DNA of 64,000 bases from Ostreococcus lucimarinus (taxonomy: Eukaryota). This document shows, piece by piece, positions 19,114 through 28,994 of this stretch. A program made the translations under genes and the position numbers. Within the stretch, counting starts at the first letter, position 1, and each line of letters starts with the position of its first letter. Under the pieces are notes generated by a model. It saw only the letters and a list, made by a program, of their open reading frames with translations, made no database searches and was not told the origin of the DNA. The stretch lies in assembly GCA_000092065.1 (NCBI GenBank), contig CP000585.1; one strand, written 5' to 3'.

Positions 19114-19581
19114 ATGGATTTCGATCGCCTGCTCGAGGGCGCGCTGAAGGATGCGCGTCGACATCTCGGGTCGTCGAGTAAGGACGGCTGGCGCGCCGCC
19201 ATCGACGCGTGGGTTGGGTTTTATAGCGCGGTGGATTGGCGCGAGCCGTGGTTGAGAGCCTTGCTCGCCGCCCACGCGTGCTTGTTTATCGTCGTTTTGC
19301 TCACGCGAAGAGATGAGCGAACGCAAGGAGTGTTGTTCTGCGCGTGCGCGGCGATCGTATTCATGGCGGAGCGCATCAACGCTCTGGCGGCGGCGAAGTG
19401 GGAAACCTTCGCGACTCAAAACTACTTCGACCCGAGGGGTCGGTTCACGTCCGTCGTGCTCTCCACGCCGCTGGTCGTGGCGACGCTCGTGATTTTGGTG
19501 AATTTGTTACTCATCATGACGTCGATGATGGTTGAAGTGGCGAAACGGCGCAAAGACGCGGGGGTGAAGAAGACTCAATGA
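19114..19581 (+). CDS. TMEM18: TMEM18-family transmembrane protein
   Basis: TMEM18 signatures: VDWREPWLRALLAAHACLFIVVLLTRR (human: TDWTEPWLMGLATFHAL), ...INALAAAKWETFATQNYFDPRGRFTSVVLSTPLVV..., and a basic C-terminus (KRRKDAGVKK). ATG at 19114 (the ORF-track start at 19018 is GTG). Confidence 0.65.
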   Translation: MDFDRLLEGALKDARRHLGSSSKDGWRAAIDAWVGFYSAVDWREPWLRALLAAHACLFIVVLLTRRDERTQGVLFCACAAIVFMAERINALAAAKWETFATQNYFDPRGRFTSVVLSTPLVVATLVILVNLLLIMTSMMVEVAKRRKDAGVKKTQ

Positions 19582-19761
19582 GTTTTGTCTAGTGTACTAG
19601 TACAGTGGAGCTTGTAAAAGAATGTAAAACGATTGGTTGATTGCGTCCTCGACTTCGCGCGCGGATGCGTAAGGTTGCATGAATTTTTGTTACACATATG
19701 AGGTGGAAGTGTTGTGTTCATGGGGCTATCGATTGTTGGATAGTTGGAACTATGCCCGCCG
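19582..19761. terminator. AT-rich convergent 3' region (TMEM18 stop at 19581, PDCD4-like stop at 19762)
   Basis: The only AT-rich stretch in the area (gttttgtctagtgtactagtacagtgg...gaatttttgttacacatatgagg). Confidence 0.35.
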
Positions 19762-20928
19762 TCAGTCAAATTTGACGACGTCGTGCTGAACGCAAATCTG
19801 TTTGATGTGGTCGAATTTCGACTTGGCGTCGGGGATGTCCAAGCTCAAGTCTTCGATCGCGCCGTTGGTGCGTATGAAGCCTTTCTGTAGTTGACTCGCG
19901 CTCAATTCGGCGCTGTCTCCGAGAACCTTGAATAGCCCGAGAATGACTGCAACGCTGTGGCAATCCCGCGGAGCTTCCAGCGCAATGTTCAACGCTTGCT
20001 TGACAAACTCGTGATGGAAGAAGGGCATGTGTAGGTCGTGCAAGCAACGACGAGTCTCCGAAACGTCGTTCGTCACCACGTATTCCTCCAGCATCGACTT
20101 GATTTGCAGCTTGGCGGCGTCCAGAGGCGACTTGTCGAAATCGCCCCACGCGCGAAGCACTCGATCAATGTGACCAGGTCCAAAGAGATGTCCGTGTGCC
20201 AGTAGAAGGGCCTCTTGCGACTGTTTACCTTCGCACGTTACGAGACAGGCGACGTTATCCGGGAATGAGGGCGGTAAGATGTCGTCGATGATGGCTCGCG
20301 CGATGAACATGCCCAACGTTTCAGCCGCGTCGGGAACGTCGATGGACAAATCATCCGCGGCTTCGACGAGACGCAAGAACCCACGCTGTATTTGCGCTCC
20401 CGACAGCGCGCTGGGATACAACGCGCTGAGTAACGTCGCCGCGGCTTCTTTTTCTCGATGCCCCCGGTCCATAGCGAGGGTAACGAGGCGCTTCACGAAG
20501 AAGTGTTCGTACACGGGCGCGTCCAACTTCTCCACGCTGATCCACGCCTCGTCAATGTCCGCAGAGTTGAAATACTCGTTGATGATCGTCTCGGCTTTGT
20601 TTTTGTACTCCACGACGACGTCCGATTTCGCGTCGCCCGCCGCCGCGCGCAACCCAAACGGTTCCTCCGTCGAGTCGTAATTCGGATCTCCCCTATCCAA
20701 CGCGAACACAGGCGATTCATCGATCACGCTCAGCACGCGCATTGTTTCATCACCCTTCTTACCCCGCCCGCTCGCTCGACTGTGCTGCACCCCGTGTCCA
20801 TCGGTCCATTTTTGCTCGAGCGCGTCGCCTCGCCGGTCCGAGCCCTTCGCGCGCGCCGCCTCCAACTGCGTTCGCTTTCGCAGCGTCGCGTCGAACGCCT
20901 TTTGCTGTTCGGCCGTGAGCAGCACCAT
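19762..20928 (-). CDS. PDCD4: PDCD4-like protein with two MA3 domains
   Basis: KDPNYD-type motif (LDRGDPNYDSTEEP) followed by two MA3 repeats (ETIINEYFNSADIDEAWISVEKL..., LEEYVVTNDVSETRRCLHDLHMPFFHHEFVKQALNIALE). Real ATG at 20926-20928. Confidence 0.75.
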   Translation of the reverse strand: MVLLTAEQQKAFDATLRKRTQLEAARAKGSDRRGDALEQKWTDGHGVQHSRASGRGKKGDETMRVLSVIDESPVFALDRGDPNYDSTEEPFGLRAAAGDAKSDVVVEYKNKAETIINEYFNSADIDEAWISVEKLDAPVYEHFFVKRLVTLAMDRGHREKEAAATLLSALYPSALSGAQIQRGFLRLVEAADDLSIDVPDAAETLGMFIARAIIDDILPPSFPDNVACLVTCEGKQSQEALLLAHGHLFGPGHIDRVLRAWGDFDKSPLDAAKLQIKSMLEEYVVTNDVSETRRCLHDLHMPFFHHEFVKQALNIALEAPRDCHSVAVILGLFKVLGDSAELSASQLQKGFIRTNGAIEDLSLDIPDAKSKFDHIKQICVQHDVVKFD

Positions 20929-21224
20929 GTCTGTCAGCGTCGACGCGATCTTCCGATCGCCCGTTCGTCCCTCTCTCTCTCGCGCGCGTCGCGGTTCCGA
21001 GAGCGGTCGGTTGGACCGTCGCTTTTCGACGATTCCTTCTCTCCGCGCGTCTCGCGCGTCGCGTCGCCGCGCGTCGCCGTTCGCGCGCGCGAGACCGAAG
21101 ATCGGACCCTTTCCGACGCTCCGCGCGCGCGCTCGCGCGTGTCCGTCGATCTACGCGCTCGCGTGTGCGGCGCGACGTCGACGCGAGGGCGACCCGCTGA
21201 CGTGGCGACGATAAACGCGCGCGC

Positions 21225-21314
21225 GTCATTTTATATGGGCTAAAAATAGTCACAGTATAGATGCCTGCGCATGAGTTACAGTTGGCGACCGCGACCGCGA
21301 CCGCGACCGCGACC
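21225..21314. promoter_or_regulatory. AT-rich island (tttatatgggctaaaaatagtcacagtatag) followed by a (GCGACC)5 microsatellite, inside the roughly 1-kb GC-rich head-to-head spacer between PDCD4-like (-) and the parvulin gene (+); candidate TATA-type core-promoter element
   Basis: This is the only AT-rich patch in 20929-21945; the hexamer repeat lies at 21285-21314. Confidence 0.3.
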
Positions 21315-21945
21315 GACCCGCGCGTTCGCCGCGCGGCACCGTCGACGCCGCCGCGTCGACCGCGTCCCTCGATCGTCCCTCAATCGTCGCAGTTCGGATC
21401 GTCGCGATCGAGCGCGTAGATCGGCGCCTCGTCGCGCATGCGAATCGCCGCGGCGTCGTCGCCCTTGCGTCCGCGTCCCGACGCCCTCGCGTGCGTGTGT
21501 CCGCGCGCGTCGCGCCACGTGTCGCGCTTCGGCGGCGATGCCGGCGGCGACGCCGCGGGTTCCGCCGCCGCCGCGGCGCGCGCCTCGAGCCGCAGGCGCT
21601 CTTCGTCGGATTTCACGAGCATGTGGGTTGGTTGGATGTCCCGGCGTCGGTCGTCTCGAGCGCGTCGGCGTCGCGCGCGGGCGTTCGCGGTGTCGCGGTC
21701 GCGCGTCGAGGGTGACGCGGCGCGCGCTTTTCGATCGCGCGCTTCGAGCGCGTCGACGTGTGCGCGCGCGCGACGCGCGCGCGTCGACGCGCGCTGCTGA
21801 CGCGGACGCGGGCGTCGGTCCGTGTTGCGGTCCGTGTTGAAGCGACGCTTCGCGTCGCGGCGTCGACCGACGGCGCGCGCGCGGCGACGCACTCGCGCGC
21901 GCGACGAACGCGACGAACGCGACGCGCGAACGACGCGCGATCGCG

Positions 21946-22638
21946 ATGCCGCGAGGGCGAACCGAGGACGGCGCGCGCGAGGGAGGACGGCGAAGGGTGA
22001 CGCGCGGCGGATGGCGATGGGTCCGCGGCGCCGCGCTCGCGGGCGTCGCGCTCGCGAGCGGCGGCGCGCGCACGGCGCTGGCGAAGAGCAAACTGCAGAT
22101 CGTGAACGCGGGACACGATATCGCGCACGCGTCGCACATACTGTGCGGGACGGGGGACGCGGGGAAGCGAAAGTGTCAGGATTACGCGGAGATGTTGACG
22201 CCGTACCAGGACTCGGCGCACACGCTGGAGCGAGCGTTCGCCGAACTCGCGAGGCGGTACAGCGAGTGTCCGACGGGAAGCGACGGTGGTGATTTGGGGT
22301 ATTTTCCGAGAGGCGAGATGTCGCGAGATTTCGAGAGCGTCGTGTTCGATTCCAAGACGCCGTTGGACGCGGTGGTGGGACCGGTGGAGACGAGAAACGG
22401 TTGGCACGTCATGCTCGTGCACCACAGGCATCTCGCGGATGAAGACGCGAAGGAAAGGGCGCGTTTGAAATCTGAAGAGATGAAGAGAGAACGATTGGAG
22501 CGCGCGGAGAAGCAGAAGGAGTATCAAGAGGAACGGGCGCGTCGAAAGGCGCAACGAGCGGCGAAGCGCCACGAGCGAGACGCCGATAGACACTCGCTTC
22601 ACGCACACGCCGAGGAGCACCTTCACGATGAACTGTAA
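21946..22638 (+). CDS. Parvulin-type peptidyl-prolyl cis-trans isomerase (Par14/PpiC-like) with an N-terminal signal/anchor-like segment and a C-terminal HDEL
   Basis: Rotamase core ASHILC..., SDGGDLGYFPRGEMSRDFESVVF, GWHVMLVHHR (compare human Par14 VRHILC / [21 protein letters not shown] / GYHIIMVE). The N-terminus has a hydrophobic stretch WRWVRGAALAGVALASGGA. The C-terminus is a charged helix ending ...EEHLHDEL. Real ATG at 21946. Confidence 0.75.
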   Translation: MPRGRTEDGAREGGRRRVTRGGWRWVRGAALAGVALASGGARTALAKSKLQIVNAGHDIAHASHILCGTGDAGKRKCQDYAEMLTPYQDSAHTLERAFAELARRYSECPTGSDGGDLGYFPRGEMSRDFESVVFDSKTPLDAVVGPVETRNGWHVMLVHHRHLADEDAKERARLKSEEMKRERLERAEKQKEYQEERARRKAQRAAKRHERDADRHSLHAHAEEHLHDEL

Positions 22639-22705
22639 GAGCGCCGTTATGACAGCTGAAGCGTATAGACACCAACATCACCGCATGCATTAAAAATAAT
22701 TTGAA

Positions 22706-24037
22706 TCAATAACGTTCGAGAAGCTCTCGCAAATACTCCGCGCGATCCGCGAGCGCGCCCGCATTCGTCGTCACCCCGTAGCCATCCATCAGCTCTTCCG
22801 CTTGCCAGAGCTCGCGCAAAAGCTCCCAGTACTCACCGCCGTTGTCGGACAGAAACTCACACGCATCGGTCCAGTCGGGCTCTTCCTCGCAATACGCGCG
22901 AATACGTTTGAAATCCAGTTCGTGAATGTCGACGAAGACGCGACGAAGCGCCTCAGCCGACGTCGCGTCCGACGGCCCGTAAGCCGCGAGCGACGCGAAC
23001 ACGAGCTCGGTGAGCACCAGCGCCATGGCTTTCAGATCAACGACGACGCTTGTTGGCGTGCAAAGCGTACTACACCCAAAATTAATCAGCCTGACTTCCA
23101 GATCGTCCGCCTTTGTGTCTAAAAACGTGCTGCACAAAAACGTCGACCCGTCCAACGCCCCGTGCGCCACGCCCCTCTGATGCGCGTACCACACCCCCTT
23201 CAAGCACTGCTCGAACGCTCTTCTCACGTACCTCGCCCGCGCTTTCTTTGGTTGGTCTTGCACGCGCTGCACCGGAGGCCAAAACTTCGTCTCAGACTTC
23301 CCTTCCTGCTTCGCTCGCGCGTACTCGCTCAGCCTTCGCACGCCGTGCCACTCCTGCGCCGTCCACAAGCTCCTAGTCCCATCACCGTCGATCGAGGCCG
23401 ACGCGAAGTACCCAACCAGTCTCGCGATCGGTAACGCTTTTTGTGGCAGCATCCCCGGCCCTCGACCGTACTCATCCACCTCAATCTCCACGTCGTCGTC
23501 CGCCAGCAGCCGCTCGTACGCCCGCACCTCCGTCTCCGCGAACGCCGCCGCGCGTTCACCCGCGTACTCCTTCAGCATCACCGCGCCTCTGTCGGCGTTC
23601 CTCGAAATCGGCGGTACCGACGGTGTGTGCACGTACCTCCCCGCGTACACGTTCACCCTCGCCGCGCCGTCGTCGACCTCCTCCTCGACGCTCGACGCCG
23701 CGACGCTCTCCGGCGCGCCGCCGTCCGCGCTCGCGCGCCACGCGAACGCGCTCGCGCTCGGCCGCTCCGTGCGCAGCGTCACCGATCCCAGGCGCGTGGT
23801 GATTTCAAAATCGTCCGCCTCGGCGCGTTCGAGCGCGCTCCGCGTCGTCGTCGTCGGGTTCGTTCGACGTCCTCGCGCGCGCCCGTCGTGGATAGCGCGT
23901 CGACTTCGCGCGCGCGTTCGCGCGCCGGCGCGCGGCGCGCGCTCGAGCGCCGCGCGCGCGCGCACGACGCGAGCGTTCGCGCGCATGTCCCGCGCGCGCC
24001 GGTCGTTCGCGACCGCGCGCGTCGAGGAATGCCGCAC
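22706..24037 (-). CDS. Protein-kinase-like domain protein with degenerate catalytic motifs (HGALDG instead of HRDLK; NFG instead of DFG); probable pseudokinase with a low-complexity N-terminus
   Basis: VWYAHQRGVAHGALDGSTFLCSTFL...LEVRLINFGCSTLCTP matches subdomain VIb/VII spacing. The start is uncertain: ATG at 24035-24037 or an internal Met (MLKEYAGER). Confidence 0.4.
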   Translation of the reverse strand: MRHSSTRAVANDRRARDMRANARVVRARAALERAPRAGARTRARSRRAIHDGRARGRRTNPTTTTRSALERAEADDFEITTRLGSVTLRTERPSASAFAWRASADGGAPESVAASSVEEEVDDGAARVNVYAGRYVHTPSVPPISRNADRGAVMLKEYAGERAAAFAETEVRAYERLLADDDVEIEVDEYGRGPGMLPQKALPIARLVGYFASASIDGDGTRSLWTAQEWHGVRRLSEYARAKQEGKSETKFWPPVQRVQDQPKKARARYVRRAFEQCLKGVWYAHQRGVAHGALDGSTFLCSTFLDTKADDLEVRLINFGCSTLCTPTSVVVDLKAMALVLTELVFASLAAYGPSDATSAEALRRVFVDIHELDFKRIRAYCEEEPDWTDACEFLSDNGGEYWELLRELWQAEELMDGYGVTTNAGALADRAEYLRELLERY

Positions 24038-24245
24038 TCGTCGACGCGGTTCGTTTCATGTCCCCGAAAACGCCCGCGGTGACGTCGGCGCCCGCGCGTC
24101 GCGACGAGCGCGCGCGCGAGGGCGAACCCGTGGAGGTGTTCGCCGCGCACTCGCCCTACGACGCGCTGTGCGTGCTCGTGGCGCTCGTTCTCGGGCTGTT
24201 TCGAGCGGCGAGCGCGCGGTGCAGCTGCTGAATCGAGTCGAAACG

Positions 24246-25805
24246 ATGAAGCGCGAAGACGCGCTGCGCGCGACGAGCGCGACGCTGCGCGCGCGATCCG
24301 TGCACGAAGCTCGCGTGCGACGATTGAACGACGCGCGCGCGAGGGAGGCGCCGGATGGGGCGTACGTGTTGCTCTGGGCGCAGAGCGCGCAGAGGACGCG
24401 CTGGAACGAGGCGTTGGAGTACGCGGTCGACCGGGCGAACGATAGACGCGCGCCGCTCGTGGTCGTGTTTTGCTCGACGGCGACGTACCCGGAGGCGAAC
24501 GAACGACACGTTGGGTTCATGTTGGAGGGGTTGTGTGAGATGCGGGCGACGCTCGGGAAGCGGCGAATCGCGTTCGAGGCGTTCGCGTGCGCGCCGCCGG
24601 AGGCGGCGCTGGCGGCGAGCGAACGAGCGATCGAAGTGGTGACGGATTCGGGGTATTTACGGTTACTTCGCGCGTGGCGGGATGACTTGGCGCGGAGGGC
24701 AACGTGCGCGGTGACGGAGATCGAGACCGAGTGCGTGGTGCCGCAGTTGGGGCAGGGGGCGCGACGCGCGGAACCGTCGGCGGCGACGTTTCGGCCGAAG
24801 GTGCTGGCTCGCGTGCGGGAGTTCACTAGAAACGCGTGCGCCGTGCTGCCTTACATCGCGGGCGAACTGGATGACGCGACGCGCGCGATTTTTGAGAAGA
24901 CTGTCGACAAGTACGAGCGGCTGCCGCTCGAGCGAGGCGTCGACGCGTGCTTGAACGTCCTCGACGCTTACGGGCTAAAGCGAGATCCCAGCTGTCCTCG
25001 CGTGTCGTCTCACGTCGGTGGAGAGTCTCGAGCCAAGGCGAAGCTCGATGTGTTTTTGACGAAAAACATGCTCTCGCGCTATCATCATTCGCGTAACGAT
25101 CCGTGTTTGTGTTTGCAGAGTCATCTGTCGCCGCACATTCACTACGGGCAAATCTCCGTCGTCGAAGTGGCTCGCAAAGCGCTCGCGTTTCGCGACGCAC
25201 ACGCCGATGAAGCCGACATCTGTGCAAGCGTGGATGTTTTCCTCGACGAACTCATCGTACGAAGAGAGTTGGCGGTGAATTTTGCGCTGCGAAACCCAAA
25301 GTATGATTCTTACGACGGGCTTCCCGAATGGGCGCGAGAGACGCTGGAGAGGCATCGAGGTGATCGCCGCGAATGGACGTATACACTCGAGGAGTTTGAA
25401 CACGGCCGAACGCACGATAAGTTATGGAATGCATCGCAACGAGAGCTTGTGTCCAGTGGTAAACAACACAATTACTTGCGAATGTACTGGGGAAAGAAAA
25501 TCCTCGAATGGAGCTCGACGCCAGAAGAGGCTTGGCGTATCGCGATGACGCTCAACAATAGATATTCACTCGACGGTCGAAATATGGTTTCTTTGACCGG
25601 CGTGGGATGGTGTTTCGGCCTGCACGACCGTGAATTCCACGAGGCGAGCATAACTGGCACGATTCGACGCTTTTCTGAATCTGGCATGCGCAAGAAGTTC
25701 CCAGCCGGAATAAAGGGCTACCTCGAGCGTTGGGGCGACGACGGAGGGACGAAACGCCAACTGCGACTCGAAGACGTGTTCGGCAAACGATCGAAATCGA
25801 AATAG
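24246..25805 (+). CDS. Class II CPD photolyase (deoxyribodipyrimidine photo-lyase)
   Basis: Class II signatures: GAYVLLWAQSAQRTRWNEALEYAV..APLVVVFC, FLDELIVRRELAVNF, WNASQRELVSSGKQHNYLRMYWGKKILEW. Start at ATG 24246 (MKREDALR...). The ORF-track 5' extension to 23625 overlaps the divergent upstream gene. Confidence 0.85.
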   Translation: MKREDALRATSATLRARSVHEARVRRLNDARAREAPDGAYVLLWAQSAQRTRWNEALEYAVDRANDRRAPLVVVFCSTATYPEANERHVGFMLEGLCEMRATLGKRRIAFEAFACAPPEAALAASERAIEVVTDSGYLRLLRAWRDDLARRATCAVTEIETECVVPQLGQGARRAEPSAATFRPKVLARVREFTRNACAVLPYIAGELDDATRAIFEKTVDKYERLPLERGVDACLNVLDAYGLKRDPSCPRVSSHVGGESRAKAKLDVFLTKNMLSRYHHSRNDPCLCLQSHLSPHIHYGQISVVEVARKALAFRDAHADEADICASVDVFLDELIVRRELAVNFALRNPKYDSYDGLPEWARETLERHRGDRREWTYTLEEFEHGRTHDKLWNASQRELVSSGKQHNYLRMYWGKKILEWSSTPEEAWRIAMTLNNRYSLDGRNMVSLTGVGWCFGLHDREFHEASITGTIRRFSESGMRKKFPAGIKGYLERWGDDGGTKRQLRLEDVFGKRSKSK

Positions 25806-25863
25806 TATCATCAGTAGTCACATTTTGAATCATCATGTTGCAAACAATTGTATATGCTAAGCA

Positions 25864-27171
25864 TCACGCCGCGGCCGTCGTCGAGGTATCGAGGCGGTGT
25901 CTATCTGCTATTTCCGCTGCGCTTTGCGCGACCAAGGCGCGCAAATACGCTTCGACCGAACATCTTCCGGTCGAACCGACGGTGCTGTACGCCAAAAACG
26001 GGAGCTTTCTGAGAGCGCGACCGCTCAGTCCGTCGCAAGCTTCGGCAGCTTCGCGCAAAGTCAGCGACACCGGGCAACCTTTCGCGACACCATCGTCGAA
26101 TTCCATCGGCTCAGCGCCCTGCACCAAATCGCGACGAATGAGCTCAAGCACGCAGGAGCGCAAAATCTCGTACCTCGCTCGCATGCCGGGCGGGCCGATG
26201 TAGCATTTGATATCCGCGCGATCGACAAACGCTAGATCGATCGCTTCGGTGATGTTGCTCGTCGTTAGCACGATGGCGTTCGGTCTAGACTTCAGCGCGT
26301 CAAGCTGCGTGAGCAGAGCGTTGACGACGCGAATCGCGTCGCTGGGTTCCGAACCGTTCGCCGCACTCTTTCTCGCCGCAGCCAGACTTTCGACTTCATC
26401 GACGAGCACGAAAACCAAAGAATCTTCGTCTTCTAATAACTCTTGTATCTTACCGAACAGTTTACTCACCAACTTTCCGCTCTCGCTAAACCAACGACTG
26501 AAGAGCGAATGCGCGTTCACCTCCACCAACACGCTGCTCGAGTATATATGATTAAACCTGATGGACAACCGCTGCGCCAACGCCTTACACATCGTCGTCT
26601 TCCCCGTCCCCGGCGGTCCATGCAACAACACCACGCGATTCCACGAGATGAGCTGCGCGTCCACGCCGCGTTCACCGAACAACAGCGCCGCCGTCGCGTA
26701 CCGCAGCAGTCGCGTCTTCACCTCGTCGTCGTCGAAAATCAAAGACTCCCACGCGCCCTCAAAATCCACACACGGCAGGCTCCACTCCGTGTACGTCGCG
26801 ATCTCGTCTCCTTCCCCGATCTCCTCCCCCGGCCCGTCCTCGCACAGCCCGTACGCGCGCGTCGTCAGCGCGCACTGCCACGCCAACAACCGTCGCGTCC
26901 CGCGCCCCTTCCCCTCGTCCCCGTCCAGCCACTCCACGTCCGACACCCACACCTTATCGCACTGCGCGCGCAAAAACGCCCCCGCCTCGCACTTCCAATC
27001 GCTCTCGTCCCCGTCCACGAGCGCGCCCGCGCGCGCGTCGTCCACGCACGCCTTGCGCTCGAGCACGAACGTTCGAACCGCCGCCTCGATGGCGTCGTTC
27101 GTCGCCGTCGACCGCGCGCGCCGTCGCGCGTCGACGTGCACGCGCGCGACGATCGCGTCGCCGTCGCCCAT
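25864..27171 (-). CDS. TRIP13: TRIP13/PCH2 AAA+ ATPase (HORMA-domain remodeller; meiotic and spindle-checkpoint regulator)
   Basis: Near-identical blocks to human TRIP13: VLLHGPPGTGKTTMCKALAQ, SLFSRWFSESGKLVSKLFGKIQELL, LVFVLVDEVESLAAAR, EPSDAIRVVNALLTQLD, ILTTSNITEAIDLAFVDRADIKCYIGPP. Start at ATG 27169-27171 (MGDGDAIVARVHVD, matching the human PTVHVEVH region). Confidence 0.85.
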   Translation of the reverse strand: MGDGDAIVARVHVDARRRARSTATNDAIEAAVRTFVLERKACVDDARAGALVDGDESDWKCEAGAFLRAQCDKVWVSDVEWLDGDEGKGRGTRRLLAWQCALTTRAYGLCEDGPGEEIGEGDEIATYTEWSLPCVDFEGAWESLIFDDDEVKTRLLRYATAALLFGERGVDAQLISWNRVVLLHGPPGTGKTTMCKALAQRLSIRFNHIYSSSVLVEVNAHSLFSRWFSESGKLVSKLFGKIQELLEDEDSLVFVLVDEVESLAAARKSAANGSEPSDAIRVVNALLTQLDALKSRPNAIVLTTSNITEAIDLAFVDRADIKCYIGPPGMRARYEILRSCVLELIRRDLVQGAEPMEFDDGVAKGCPVSLTLREAAEACDGLSGRALRKLPFLAYSTVGSTGRCSVEAYLRALVAQSAAEIADRHRLDTSTTAAA

Positions 27172-27927
27172 CGCGCGCGCGTCGCGGTCGTTCGTCGCGC
27201 GCGTCGCGTCGTGCGGGCGTCGCGCGTCGCGCGTCGCGACGCGTCCCGTGTCTCGACGAGTCACGACCCATCGATCGAGGTGTTAATTACTCAAAATAAG
27301 CGAATAGGAATCGTAATATAAAGACGTGATATTTCACATACATTTTTAACTCCAGACGAGAAGCGCGGACGAACCGATGACGACATGTCGGCGCGACGTC
27401 CCGTCCCGGGCGCGACGCGAAAACCGCGCGATACTGCGCGGTCATAGGCGACCGCGCCCCCACACGCGCGCGCGCGGACGCGCGCCGCTCGCGCCGGGTT
27501 TGACCGCCGACGAGGCCCGCGCGACGCGAGGACAACGACATCGTCTTCGCGCGCACGCGACGAGGGCCGAACGACGGCCGCGCGCGACGGATGTCGGCGG
27601 TGGAGACGACGACGAACACCGGGCTCCCGATTCGGATGCCGAACGACGCGCGCGGCGCGACGCACGCGATCGATCCGCTGAGCGACGTGCACACGGCGGT
27701 GAAATCGGCGACGGGGACGAAGATCATCGCGCTGATCGACGTGAGCTCGAGGTTCGCGCTGCCGATCGCGCAAGCGGCGAAAGAGGTGCGGGCGAGATTA
27801 GATTTCCGGAGGATCGCGGCGCGGCGCGCGACGAGTTTCGAGAGACTGACGCGCGAATGGGTCGACGCGGAAACAGCTGGATGTGTGCGTGACGGTGCTC
27901 AAGTCAACGTGTCGCGCGTTCGGCATC

Positions 27928-28767
27928 ATGCGATGGCCGTATCGAAAGATGCGAAAACTGAACACTATGATTAAGCAGCTCGAGCGGTCGGCGAGAAACG
28001 CCGCCGAGGAAAACATATTACATCATAGAATGAAGCGACTTGAAGCGTGTCGACGTGCGAGAGATTTGTTGGTGCTAGAAGCAGAGGCGAACGCACGGGC
28101 GCGAATCGGAAAACCCGCCTCGCAGCAGTCCGCCAAGGCGGAGATAGCGTCGACGGGCGCGCGCTACGATTCCAGCGGGCGACTGGGCAACTTTAAGGAT
28201 CCTGGATACGCTTTCGATACCGACCACAAGGGTTATGCGCTGCATGAGGCGATGCGGAAGATGATGGAGACTGAGGGGTTAGATACGATCGGTCGTTCTG
28301 GTCACGTGGATGTCGAATCTGACCCACTGAGCGAACTCGCCTCGCAGGTTACCGCCGTGCAAGAGCGTTTCGTGCGACGGCCAAATCGCAACAAAAGACA
28401 GCTACCAACCAGATGCCCGGAAGAGATGGCACTACATGAATTCGTCATGGGCAATCCGGGACTCGAGGCAATGGCTTCGTTGACCGCGCGATTGCGCCGG
28501 CAAAAGGAATCGAAGAAACAGACGTCTGAGCACGCCGACGACGCGGACGGCGAAGTCGACATCGATGGGGACGACGGGAAGCAAATTGCGTGGATCGTAA
28601 GCTCTCAAAGTCCAGCCTATACCGTCAATGTCCGTCCAAGTAACCCAACGGCGCGAATTCCAGACGTCTTGGTAGAGGAACGCTCTCGGCGAGAAGCCAC
28701 CTCTCCGCTCGAGCCCAGTCTAGCTCTGTTCCCGTTAAATGTGTCAGCAATCCACAGTGCGGCTTGA
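27928..28767 (+). CDS. Hypothetical basic/acidic protein of unknown function
   Basis: Long ORF with non-GC-artefact composition (MRWPYRKMRKLNTMIKQLERSARNAAEENILHHRMKRLEA...), bounded by an AT-rich 3' region. The ORF-track start at 27883 is GTG; the first ATG is at 27928. No family recognised. Confidence 0.3.
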   Translation: MRWPYRKMRKLNTMIKQLERSARNAAEENILHHRMKRLEACRRARDLLVLEAEANARARIGKPASQQSAKAEIASTGARYDSSGRLGNFKDPGYAFDTDHKGYALHEAMRKMMETEGLDTIGRSGHVDVESDPLSELASQVTAVQERFVRRPNRNKRQLPTRCPEEMALHEFVMGNPGLEAMASLTARLRRQKESKKQTSEHADDADGEVDIDGDDGKQIAWIVSSQSPAYTVNVRPSNPTARIPDVLVEERSRREATSPLEPSLALFPLNVSAIHSAA

Positions 28768-28994
28768 CACTTGTTACTCAGTATTGCATTATTGTAGAAC
28801 CGCTTAGTATTTTATGTTATATTTATGTACCACGCGAAGTAACTCCCCTTTGCCGCGTATGCCTAGCGAGCGTGCTATCCGCAGTCGCGAAAGGGTCCAA
28901 ACCCTTCGCCGCCACCGCGCGTTCTCAGACGTCCGCGCGCGACCTCTCACGAGCCAAAGAGTGAACCGCGCGAAAGGTCACCGAGTTAGTCGCC

